Assembly: GCA_934101225.1 (NCBI GenBank)
Contig: CAKOQK010000002.1
Span: forward strand, 40,633 to 104,632
Reading direction: 5' to 3'
DNA from: an uncultured Bacilli bacterium
GTDB taxonomy: Bacteria; Bacillota_I; Bacilli_A; RF39; UBA660
DNA length: 64,000 nt
Position 1 is the stretch's first letter; each line of letters begins with the position of its first letter. Made by a program: the position numbers and the translations under genes. The notes beneath the pieces are model-generated. The model searched no databases. It saw only the letters and a program-made list of their open reading frames with translations, and was not told the origin of the DNA. Of the stretch, positions 50,187-59,339 are shown piece by piece.

Positions 50187-50272
50187 AGTAAATACAAGAA
50201 CAATACCAATTGAAAATAGAAAAAATATTGAAAATAATGAATTAATAAATACAATAAATATTAATAATGATT
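50187..50272 (+). pseudogene. Decayed relic of the 3' end of the duplicated 355-aa gene, fused to its downstream flank sequence
   Basis: agtaaatacaagaa matches the flank at 51587-51600. caataccaattgaaaata...taatgaattaat.aatacaataaatattaataatga matches 51351-51455 and 53503-53607, with an internal deletion. Confidence 0.6.
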
Positions 50273-50467
50273 AAAATATAATTTATATTTAACTGTTGGA
50301 AATCAAAGTTTATTGAATAATACAGAAGAAAACGAAATAAATTTATAAAAAATAAATAGCCAAGTATTATTTTTAATAAATTGGCTATTTTAATTTAATA
50401 AGATATGTTATTATTAAAATAACTAAACAACATAATATAATTAACATATACTAGAAATGAGGAATAT

Positions 50468-51535
50468 ATGAAAAAGAAAATTTTGATTATTGGTATAATA
50501 ATTATTATATTTATTTACGGTTTATTTTTAGTTACAAAAACATTAAAAAAAGAAAATAATGACGGCAATGGTAGTAATGATAATCAAGCAAAGTCATATG
50601 AAATTATTGATGAAAAGGCTAATGAAGATTATAAAACTTTGTTAAAGATTCAGTCAGGGGGAGATACTGATGTTGATAGCCCTGACATTGAATATAAAGA
50701 AATTGATTATAACTATAAAATAGATTTAAATAAAGTAGTTGAAACTGTACCAGCTATTACATACAACAACAATGAAGAACTTAAAGACATTGTTGAAATT
50801 ATTAAAGATAAATTTAATATTACAATCGATAATTCATGGAAATATAGTATTCATTATCCGTCTTCTGATTTATCTTTTGGTTATATTATTTTTTTGTATT
50901 ACATTGATAATATTATTGAAACTAATAAATATATTTATTTTACCATTAATAATGGTGTAATAGAGAAGATTGCTTATGCTTATTTAGATAAACAAATTAA
51001 TGAAAATGAAGTGTTATATAGATATAATTATTTTATCAATCATTACAAACAAGAAAAAGGTTTATTACAAGATTATATAAATCAATACGCAATAGAAAGT
51101 GAGGATACTAAATACATTTATAATTATACTAATAATAAATTACTTTATACATTTAATATAATTTATAAAGAAAAAAATTCAGGTTTTACAACTATTGATT
51201 GGGGTACAGAAACTTATATAGAGCCTAAATTAATCGAAAATTTAATTAAAACTAAAAAAATTATTGTAAAAGATGCTAACAATAAAGAAGTTAATACTAT
51301 TAGTGATCAAAAAGATATAACTAAAATAACTGAATTATTATCAAGAACAATACCAATTGAAAATAACAAAAATATTGAAAAAAATAATTGGAACTTATCA
51401 CTTTATGATGAAAATAATGAATTAATTAATACAATAAATATTGATAATGATGGAACATTAGGTATTGATAATATAAAAAATGAATATTTAAAAAAACAAT
51501 ATTTTAACGAGTTAACTAAATTATTAAAACAATAG
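50468..51535 (+). CDS. Membrane-anchored hypothetical protein, paralog 1 (355 aa)
   Basis: N-terminal TM. Paralogous to 52620-53687. Confidence 0.7.
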   Translation: MKKKILIIGIIIIIFIYGLFLVTKTLKKENNDGNGSNDNQAKSYEIIDEKANEDYKTLLKIQSGGDTDVDSPDIEYKEIDYNYKIDLNKVVETVPAITYNNNEELKDIVEIIKDKFNITIDNSWKYSIHYPSSDLSFGYIIFLYYIDNIIETNKYIYFTINNGVIEKIAYAYLDKQINENEVLYRYNYFINHYKQEKGLLQDYINQYAIESEDTKYIYNYTNNKLLYTFNIIYKEKNSGFTTIDWGTETYIEPKLIENLIKTKKIIVKDANNKEVNTISDQKDITKITELLSRTIPIENNKNIEKNNWNLSLYDENNELINTINIDNDGTLGIDNIKNEYLKKQYFNELTKLLKQ

Positions 51536-51605
51536 AGATTACTTAATTTTATAATCTTTTATTATATAAATTCATGCTACCATGAAGTAAATACAAGAAA
51601 ACATT

Positions 51606-51716
51606 TAATTAGGTGATTTTAATACTTCATTATCGTATTTATAAAAAAATGTTTTATGTTTTTTTAATAGTCTAAATAACTTTCTTAGTAATAATATTAA
51701 GAGATATTCTACCTTC
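51606..51716 (+). pseudogene. Decayed copy of the 5' end and upstream region of the class B PBP gene
   Basis: Aligns to 53786-53900 (ttaattaggtgattttaat[a/g]cttcattatcgtatt...). The ATG has changed to ATA. Confidence 0.6.
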
Positions 51717-52619
51717 CGTGTGAATCCATTAGTATTAAATGATAAGTTAACATCCATTAAATTTATTTTTAGAGCTAAGTAATAATTTACTGTTACTAAA
51801 ACTATAATTGAAAGATATATTTGTTAAATATTAATCTCTTGCTCCTAAAAAATAATGAAAGTAGCAAATAAATAGTATAAGCATGTCAAAATTTATAAAG
51901 GTGAATGTTACTTTTAAACTTAAAATACTTAAAAAATAATTAAAAAAGTAACAAAAAATATGACAATCAATAAAAATTAAAAAAATATATAATATGTAGA
52001 AATATAAGGAATGACAATGAATATAAGAGTTTCAATATTTTGAAATCACTTGTATATCTTGCTATTTTTCTTTAAAGTTAAATTATCTCCCATTGAATTA
52101 TCTAGTCAAGTTAAATTAAATCCAATTTTACTTATTAATGATAAATTATTTATGGAATTACCAATTCTCTTTATAGAATGGTCATTCTTAACTATATATA
52201 AGCAAATTAAAAAAAATTACCATCCAATTATAGTTGCAAAATTAAATATAAATCATATTATGAATTAAATAATTGGAATATTAATAAAGTATTTGATTTG
52301 TTAAAAGATATGTCATTGTCGTTAGGAACTAATTAAAATTTATTTACTTTTTGATAATTATGCTAAAAGTATAGATAGATTAGAAATTGAATTTCCAAAT
52401 AAATCAAAATTAGAAGTTGTTCAACAAGTAAATCAAGAATATTTATATTTTTAAACTAATATTATTGATCAATATTTAAAAAATATTATAGTAAATATAT
52501 ATGAATTTAAATCAAGTATTATTTTTAATAAATTGGCTATTTTAATTTAATAATATATGTTATACTTAAAATAATCAAACAACATAAAATAATTAACATA
52601 TACTAAAAAAGAGGAATAT

Positions 52620-53687
52620 ATGAAAAAGAAAATTTTGATTATTATTGTAGTAATTATTATATTTATTTGCAGTTTATTTTTAGTTGCAAATAAATTAAAA
52701 AAAGAAAATAATAACGACAATAAAGGTAATGATAATCAAGCAAAATTATATGAAGTTATAGATGAAAAGGCTAATGAAGACTACAAGAAATTATTAAACC
52801 TTCAATACTGGGAAGATGTTAATATATATATTCCAGATATTGAATATAAAGAAATTGATTATAACTATAAAATAGATTTAAATAAAGTGGTTGAAACTGT
52901 ACCACCTGTTACATATAACAACAATGAAGAAATTAAAGATATTGTTGAAATTATTAAGGATAAATTTAATATTACCATCGATAATTCATGGAAATATTAC
53001 ATTCATTATCCGTCTTCTGATTTATCTTTTGGTTATATTACTTTTTCACATTATATCGATAATATTATTGCAACTAATAAATATATTTCTTTTACCATTA
53101 ATAATGGTGTTATAGATAAAATCGCTTATGCTTATTTAGATAAAAAGGTTAATGAAAATGAAGTATTATATAGATATAATTATTTTATTAACCATCACAA
53201 ACAAGAAAAAGGTTTTGTCCAAGATTATGAAGAATATTTCACCATTGCAGGAGAAATAACATTACTTAACTATAGTTATGTTGATAATAAATTGTGTTAT
53301 ACATACAATATTTTGTATCAATACAAAGGTACGGATGTTATTAATAATGATTGGGGTACAGAACTATACATAGAGCCTAAATTAATTGAAAATTTAATTA
53401 AAACTAAAAAAATTGTTGTAAAAGATGATAACAATAAAGAAGTTAATACTATTAGTGATCAAAAAGATATAACTAAAATAACTGAATTGTTATCAAGAAC
53501 AATACCAATTGAAAATAACAAAAATATTGAAAAAAATAATTGGAATTTATCACTTTATGATGAAAATAATGAATTAATTAATACAATAAATATTAATAAT
53601 GATGGAACATTAGGTATTGATAATATAAAAAATGAATATTTAAAAGAACAATATTTTAACGAGTTAACTAAATTATTAGAACAATAG
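52620..53687 (+). CDS. Membrane-anchored hypothetical protein, paralog 2 (355 aa)
   Basis: Same length and architecture as 50468-51535. The upstream 110 bp and the downstream flank are also duplicated. Confidence 0.7.
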   Translation: MKKKILIIIVVIIIFICSLFLVANKLKKENNNDNKGNDNQAKLYEVIDEKANEDYKKLLNLQYWEDVNIYIPDIEYKEIDYNYKIDLNKVVETVPPVTYNNNEEIKDIVEIIKDKFNITIDNSWKYYIHYPSSDLSFGYITFSHYIDNIIATNKYISFTINNGVIDKIAYAYLDKKVNENEVLYRYNYFINHHKQEKGFVQDYEEYFTIAGEITLLNYSYVDNKLCYTYNILYQYKGTDVINNDWGTELYIEPKLIENLIKTKKIVVKDDNNKEVNTISDQKDITKITELLSRTIPIENNKNIEKNNWNLSLYDENNELINTININNDGTLGIDNIKNEYLKEQYFNELTKLLEQ

Positions 53688-53794
53688 AGATTACTTAATT
53701 GGGTAATCTTTTTTTATAAATTCATGATGCCATGAAGTAAATACAAGAACACATTTAATTCTAAAGAAAGAATATCGATAATATATTTAATTAG

Positions 53795-55711
53795 GTGATT
53801 TTAATGCTTCATTATCGTATTCATAAAAGAATGTATTACGTGTATTTTACTGTCTTAATAACTTTTTTAGTAATAATTTTAAGAGTATTTTATCTTCAAG
53901 TATTTAAAGTAAATAATATAAAAGATAAGGCCAATAGTCTATGGAGTCGTAATTTACCAATTCTTGCTGATAGAGGTAAAATAACTGATCGTAATGGCAT
54001 AGTTCTTGCTGATAATTTAACAACAACATCTCTAGTAGTAATACCAGTTCAAATTCAAAATAAAGAAGAGGTTGCTAAAAACTTATCTGAAATACTAGGA
54101 ACAACATATTTAAATATTTATTCCCATTTAACCAAACATACCTCAATTGAAAGAATTCATCCTGAAGGAAGAAGATTATCATATGATATTGCAGAAAAAA
54201 TAAATAATTTAAATTATGATGGAGTTTATTTACTTAAAGAATCTAAAAGATATTATCCATATGAATCATTACTTTCCCATGTTTTAGGATATGTTGGTAT
54301 AGATAATCAAGGTTTATCTGGAATTGAACTTGAATACGATAAGTATTTAAAAGGTAATGACGGAGGTATATTATATTATTCTGATGGTAAAGGAAATCGT
54401 TTAAATTTATCTGAAGTTTATGATGAACCTGTTAATGGCAATAATATTTCTTTAACGATAGATATAAATATTCAAGAAGCTGTTGAAAAAGAATTAGATA
54501 ATGTAGTTACAAAATATAATCCAGATAGTACTTTAGCCTTAGTTATGGATCCAAATAGTGGAGAAGTTCTTGCTATGTCATCTCGTCCAAACTTTGATTC
54601 TAATAATTATAAAAATTATGACTTAGAGACTATCAACCGAAATTTACCAATATGGATGACTTATGAACCCGGTTCGACTTTCAAAATTATAACTCTATCT
54701 AGTGCTATAAATGAAGGAAAAGTAAACTTATTTGATGATCATTATTATGATGGTGGATCAATTCAAGTTGAAAATGCCCGAATTAAATGTTGGAAAAGAG
54801 GAGGTCATGGTTCTGAAACCTTTTTAAACGTCGTAGAAAACTCTTGCAACCCCGGTTTTGTCGTACTAGGTCAAAGATTAGGTACTGAAACTTTATATTC
54901 ATACTTAGAAAAATTTGGTTTTGGTAAAAAGACCGGAATTGATTTAAATGGTGAAGCCAGCGGTATCATGTTTAAATTATCTAAAATGGGACCAGTTGAA
55001 ACTGCAACAACCGCTTTTGGTCAAGGTATAAGTGTAACACCTATTCAACAAGTAACGGGAGTATCAGCCGCTATTAATGGTGGAACATTATATAAACCTT
55101 ACATAGTTAAATCAATAAGTGAACCTGAAACAAATAATGTAATTGTTCTTAATAAAAAACAAGTAGTTAGAGAAAATATCGTAACAGAAGAAACTAGTAA
55201 CTTAGTCAGATTTGCCCTTGAAAGTGTAGTTCAAAATGGTACTGGTAAAAATGCCTATATTGAAAATTACCGAGTAGGTGGTAAAACCGGAACAGCCCAA
55301 AAAGTTAAAGATGGTAAATATATGGTTGGTAATTATATTGTTTCATTTATTGGTTTCTTACCAGCTGATAATCCTAAATATGTAGTCTATGTTGCAGTAG
55401 ATAATCCAAAAGGTATCACTCAGTATGGTGGGACAGTTGCCGCACCTATTGCTAAAAATATTATGCTAAGTATTATAGATAGCCAAAATATACCAAAAGT
55501 AGAAACAGATAGAGCTAGAGAATATACATGGCTAGATACTAAATATATTAAATTACCAGATGTTACAGGAAATGATTTAGATACTGCTAAAAAATCTTTA
55601 AAAGGATTTAAAATAGAATACTCAGGAAGTGGTGAAAAAGTAATATCTCAAATGCCAGAAGGAAATACTTTTGTAAAAGAAAATAGCATCGTTAAAATAT
55701 TATTAGATTAA
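53795..55711 (+). CDS. Class B penicillin-binding protein (FtsI/PBP2B/SpoVD family) with a single C-terminal PASTA domain
   Basis: STFK (SxxK), SCN (SxN) and KTGT motifs. The PASTA segment is KLPDVTGNDLDTAKKSLK.... The start may be ATG at 53804. Confidence 0.85.
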   Translation: MILMLHYRIHKRMYYVYFTVLITFLVIILRVFYLQVFKVNNIKDKANSLWSRNLPILADRGKITDRNGIVLADNLTTTSLVVIPVQIQNKEEVAKNLSEILGTTYLNIYSHLTKHTSIERIHPEGRRLSYDIAEKINNLNYDGVYLLKESKRYYPYESLLSHVLGYVGIDNQGLSGIELEYDKYLKGNDGGILYYSDGKGNRLNLSEVYDEPVNGNNISLTIDINIQEAVEKELDNVVTKYNPDSTLALVMDPNSGEVLAMSSRPNFDSNNYKNYDLETINRNLPIWMTYEPGSTFKIITLSSAINEGKVNLFDDHYYDGGSIQVENARIKCWKRGGHGSETFLNVVENSCNPGFVVLGQRLGTETLYSYLEKFGFGKKTGIDLNGEASGIMFKLSKMGPVETATTAFGQGISVTPIQQVTGVSAAINGGTLYKPYIVKSISEPETNNVIVLNKKQVVRENIVTEETSNLVRFALESVVQNGTGKNAYIENYRVGGKTGTAQKVKDGKYMVGNYIVSFIGFLPADNPKYVVYVAVDNPKGITQYGGTVAAPIAKNIMLSIIDSQNIPKVETDRAREYTWLDTKYIKLPDVTGNDLDTAKKSLKGFKIEYSGSGEKVISQMPEGNTFVKENSIVKILLD

Positions 55712-55801
55712 AATAATAACTAAGCAATCCATAGATTTAGTTAAAGTAATTTGATACAATAAATATGTAAATAAAACTTAACTGAAAGTGGGTGTTTAAT
55801 A

Positions 55802-56992
55802 ATGAGATGTATTTTAATGAATAAAAATAACGAAGTATTACTTACGGAATATGACTCAGCAAGTAGTACATTTACTAAAATTTATGAAGTTTACAATATT
55901 GAATATGCACCATATATTTTAAAGAATCTCTACAATGAAAAAGATTTTAATGATAATTCTTTTAGAATAAATCTAAGTAAATGGTTTCAAGGTCGTGGAA
56001 TACCATCATGGCGTGATAAATTAGATATTCTTTTACATAGATTAAACATAATTGCTCCAAGCGAGCTACTTGATAAATCTTTTGGACTATCACTATCAGA
56101 TCAGTACTGGTTAAAGCCCATTAATACAAGTATTTCGTATGATGATATAAACTTTTTTGATAATGACTTTGATTATACTGAATTCTTAGAAGCATCACTA
56201 TCTAAAAATAGTAATTCAATTGTTAATGCATCATCTTTAAACACACCAAATAATACAACTGATGGAATGCTTAGAAAAGCATGGATTATTGAAAACGGTA
56301 TAAGATATTTATTGAAATCAGGATATAAAAATGAGTTATTACAACCTTTTAATGAGGTGCTAGCTAGTGAAATATGCGACCGTTTAGGATTTGATCATGT
56401 AAAATATACATTAGATACTTATAAAGATACAGTTGTATCCAAATGTCCATGCTTTATAACTAAGAATACTGAATTAATTACATGTCATCAAATTAGAAAT
56501 AATATGGATAGGTATGATAGTACTAAAGACTATGAAGAATATATAAAAATTCTTGAAGAGCATGGAATAATTGATGCTAGAACTCAAATGGAAAACATGT
56601 TCATCTTAGATTTCTTAATAATGAATGAAGATAGACATTTAAATAATTTTGGAATTATAAGAGATGTGAATACTTTAAAATGGCTTAAATGTGCACCAAT
56701 ATTTGATAATGGTCAAAGTTTAAACACCCTCTATTATGATGAAAATGAATTACATAATAGTGGCGAGGGAAGATTCTTTTACGAAGTTAAACCATTTGAT
56801 GAAATAATTAAAATTGTTAAAAATTTAAAAAGAATTGATATAGATAAATTAAATGATTTACCAGAATGGTTTGATAACTTATTACATCAATATCAGAATC
56901 TTACCAATTTTTCTGATACAAGAATAAACAAATTATGTATTATTTTGAATAGACAAATAAATAAATTAAAAAAATTAATTGCTGAACAATAA
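55802..56992 (+). CDS. HipA_C-domain Ser/Thr kinase-like protein
   Basis: The catalytic-loop-like motif MNEDRHLNNFGII, and the upstream motif LSLSDQYWLKP typical of this Firmicute HipA-like family. Confidence 0.6.
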   Translation: MRCILMNKNNEVLLTEYDSASSTFTKIYEVYNIEYAPYILKNLYNEKDFNDNSFRINLSKWFQGRGIPSWRDKLDILLHRLNIIAPSELLDKSFGLSLSDQYWLKPINTSISYDDINFFDNDFDYTEFLEASLSKNSNSIVNASSLNTPNNTTDGMLRKAWIIENGIRYLLKSGYKNELLQPFNEVLASEICDRLGFDHVKYTLDTYKDTVVSKCPCFITKNTELITCHQIRNNMDRYDSTKDYEEYIKILEEHGIIDARTQMENMFILDFLIMNEDRHLNNFGIIRDVNTLKWLKCAPIFDNGQSLNTLYYDENELHNSGEGRFFYEVKPFDEIIKIVKNLKRIDIDKLNDLPEWFDNLLHQYQNLTNFSDTRINKLCIILNRQINKLKKLIAEQ

Positions 56993-57022
56993 ATTATTAT
57001 GCTAAATATTTATAAAAAATAG

Positions 57023-57053
57023 TTGACACTCCACCTAACTGGAGTGTTATTAT
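57023..57053 (+). promoter_or_regulatory. MerR-type promoter with a 19-bp spacer containing a dyad operator
   Basis: TTGACA (57023-57028), 19-nt spacer, TATTAT (57048-57053). Inverted repeat ACACTCCA (57026-57033) / TGGAGTGT (57040-57047). Confidence 0.75.
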
Positions 57054-57076
57054 ATTCCTCGAAAGGAAGAAATTAT

Positions 57077-57493
57077 ATGAATAATTTATATAAAATAGGA
57101 GATTTTTCTAAAATAGTTAATTTACCAATAAAAACTTTAAGATACTATGATGAGTACGGATTATTAAAGCCATCATATGTTGATGAATTTACTGGTTATC
57201 GTTATTACAATGAAGCTAATATAAGTGAATGCAAATTAATAATATTACTAAAATCATTAGATTTTACTTTAGAAGAAATATCAAATTGTAAAGATAATTT
57301 AACAGCGGAAGTTATTAATACAAAAATAAAAGAAATAAACGATAAAATAGACTTATTAACTAAAAAACAAAAAATGTTAATGATTATCGAACAAGAACTT
57401 TCAAATGTAAAAGATAAATCTCAAAATATCCAAACAAACAAACCAAAAGTTTTAGTTCTAACCCCAAATAAAGATAATAATATAGCAGCTTAA
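57077..57493 (+). CDS. MerR-family transcriptional regulator (short form)
   Basis: N-terminal motif YKIGDFSKIVNLPIKTLRYYDEYGLLKP, then a coiled-coil dimerisation helix. Confidence 0.85.
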   Translation: MNNLYKIGDFSKIVNLPIKTLRYYDEYGLLKPSYVDEFTGYRYYNEANISECKLIILLKSLDFTLEEISNCKDNLTAEVINTKIKEINDKIDLLTKKQKMLMIIEQELSNVKDKSQNIQTNKPKVLVLTPNKDNNIAA

Positions 57494-57536
57494 ATTATAT
57501 TATTATATAATTTAAATTAAAGAGAAGGTAGTAAAG

Positions 57537-59288
57537 ATGGAAAAAGATAAAAAACATTTATATAAAAATTTTATAAAAAATGCCAAGATAACTTTAAAAT
57601 ATTCAAAAAATTATAAAGGAACATTATTAACAATATTAATTATTAATCTTATAGTTTCTGGAATTGGATTTGTTACTCCTATTTTATCTGCAAAATATAT
57701 TTCCTACTTAACAAATGGATTATTTAATAATCTTTTATATATAATTATAGTTCAAACGATAACATATATAGTCAGTATATTTTTAAGATTAATATCAAGT
57801 AAAATGAATCGTTACTATGATTTTAAAATAAAAAGAAAGTTACAATTAGAACTTACTAGAGCAACTTTAACTATAGATCAAAATATTTTAAATAAAGAAA
57901 ATAGTGGAACCTTTATTGAAAGAATTAATGGTGCTACTAATTTATCTTCCAGATTAATACGTATTGCTGAAAGTATATTTAATTTATTAGGAGATTTGGG
58001 AGTTTTAATAGTTGTGATTAATCTTGATTTACCGATTGGAATAGCTTATACAATTTTAATGTTAATAAGTGTATTATATGATAAATATTCTGATAACGTT
58101 AGTTATAAAAATGGTGAAAAGGTTTATAATTTAGTTGATAAAACTAGTGGATTTATTTCGGAAATTGTTAGAGGAACTAAAGATATTAAAATTCTTAATG
58201 CTGAAGAATCATTTTTAGAAGAAGCCGATAAATATATGAATAATGCTAATACTGTAAGATTAAAATCTAATATCACAGATGAAAAACTATCAACAATTTC
58301 TTCAATAATAAGTGAATTATCAAAATTATTAATTGGTTTAATAATAGTTTATGAATTAATGAATGGAAATTTAAGTATTGAATCTGCCTTAATTATATAT
58401 AATTACAAAGGCAATATAAGCTGCCTTAAATCTGATTTATCATCTATTCATTTTTGGATAAGTAATTTTGTATTAGATTCTAATCGTACATATGATATTC
58501 TAGATGATAATAAATTTCCTAAAGAAAAATTCGGAAATAAAAACCTATCTAAATTTAAAGGACATATTGAATTTAAAGATGTTAACTTCTCATATGAAGA
58601 AAATATACCTGTATTAAAGAATTTAAATTTAGAAGTATTACCAAATGAAGTAGTTGGTTTTGTTGGCCCATCGGGAGCTGGTAAAAGTACAATCTTTAAT
58701 TTAATAAGTGCTTTAAATAAACCAGATAGTGGTGAAATCTTATTTGATGGAGAAAATATTAATGAATTAACCAAGGATTCAATAAGAGGTAATCTATCAG
58801 TAATAAGTCAAAATGCCTATATATTTAATATGAGTATAGAAGACAATTTAAGAATAATAAAGAAAAACGCTACTAAAAAAGAAATTGAAAAAGCTTGTAA
58901 AATGGCATGTTTAGATGAATTTATCGAAAGCTTACCAAATAAATATAAAACAATAGTAGGAGAAGGCGGTGTAACATTATCAGGAGGACAACGCCAAAGA
59001 ATAGCAATAGCAAGAGCACTATTATTAAATACTGAAGTATTATTATTTGATGAAGCAACAAGTAGTTTAGATAACACAACCCAAGAAAAAATCCAAAAAG
59101 CAATTGAAAACTTAAAAGGAAAATACACAATACTGATAATAGCCCATCGATTATCAACTGTTATAAATTCTGATAAAATATATGTTATAAATAAAGGGAC
59201 TGTAGAAGGTGTAGGCACGCATAAAGAATTATTAAAAACTTGTAAAATATATGCTGACTTATATAAAAATGAAGATAATAAAAATTGA
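57537..59288 (+). CDS. ABC exporter, fused permease/ATPase (type I exporter half-transporter)
   Basis: Six-TM N-terminal domain. Walker A GPSGAGKST, signature LSGGQRQR, Walker B LLFDEATS, H-loop IAHRL. Confidence 0.9.
   Translation: MEKDKKHLYKNFIKNAKITLKYSKNYKGTLLTILIINLIVSGIGFVTPILSAKYISYLTNGLFNNLLYIIIVQTITYIVSIFLRLISSKMNRYYDFKIKRKLQLELTRATLTIDQNILNKENSGTFIERINGATNLSSRLIRIAESIFNLLGDLGVLIVVINLDLPIGIAYTILMLISVLYDKYSDNVSYKNGEKVYNLVDKTSGFISEIVRGTKDIKILNAEESFLEEADKYMNNANTVRLKSNITDEKLSTISSIISELSKLLIGLIIVYELMNGNLSIESALIIYNYKGNISCLKSDLSSIHFWISNFVLDSNRTYDILDDNKFPKEKFGNKNLSKFKGHIEFKDVNFSYEENIPVLKNLNLEVLPNEVVGFVGPSGAGKSTIFNLISALNKPDSGEILFDGENINELTKDSIRGNLSVISQNAYIFNMSIEDNLRIIKKNATKKEIEKACKMACLDEFIESLPNKYKTIVGEGGVTLSGGQRQRIAIARALLLNTEVLLFDEATSSLDNTTQEKIQKAIENLKGKYTILIIAHRLSTVINSDKIYVINKGTVEGVGTHKELLKTCKIYADLYKNEDNKN
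58513..59283 (+). repeat. Direct repeat copy 1 (NBD-coding block)
   Basis: Identical to 60314-61084 except at 5 positions (59133, 59135, 59162, 59198, 59210). Confidence 0.95.
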
Positions 59289-59339
59289 TTAATATATAAA
59301 ATATGATAAAATTAGATTGAGTGTAAAAGAGGTATATAT

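Noticed and set aside
52050-52268. 72-aa ORF with a TTG start, in the unique spacer between the duplicated units
   Set aside because: Low-complexity I/L/K-rich product and no RBS, in AT-rich sequence where such ORFs arise by chance.
50113-53900. A mobile element as the cause of the duplication
   Set aside because: I found no transposase, integrase, terminal inverted repeats or target-site duplications. The junctions look like microhomology or illegitimate recombination instead.
58448-59218. Minus-strand ORFs inside the ABC genes (58448-58774, 58817-59218, 58921-59157, and their twins at 60231-60575, 60618-61019, 60722-60958)
   Set aside because: These are antisense shadow ORFs of strongly supported plus-strand ABC genes. 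They are duplicated only because the underlying DNA is duplicated.
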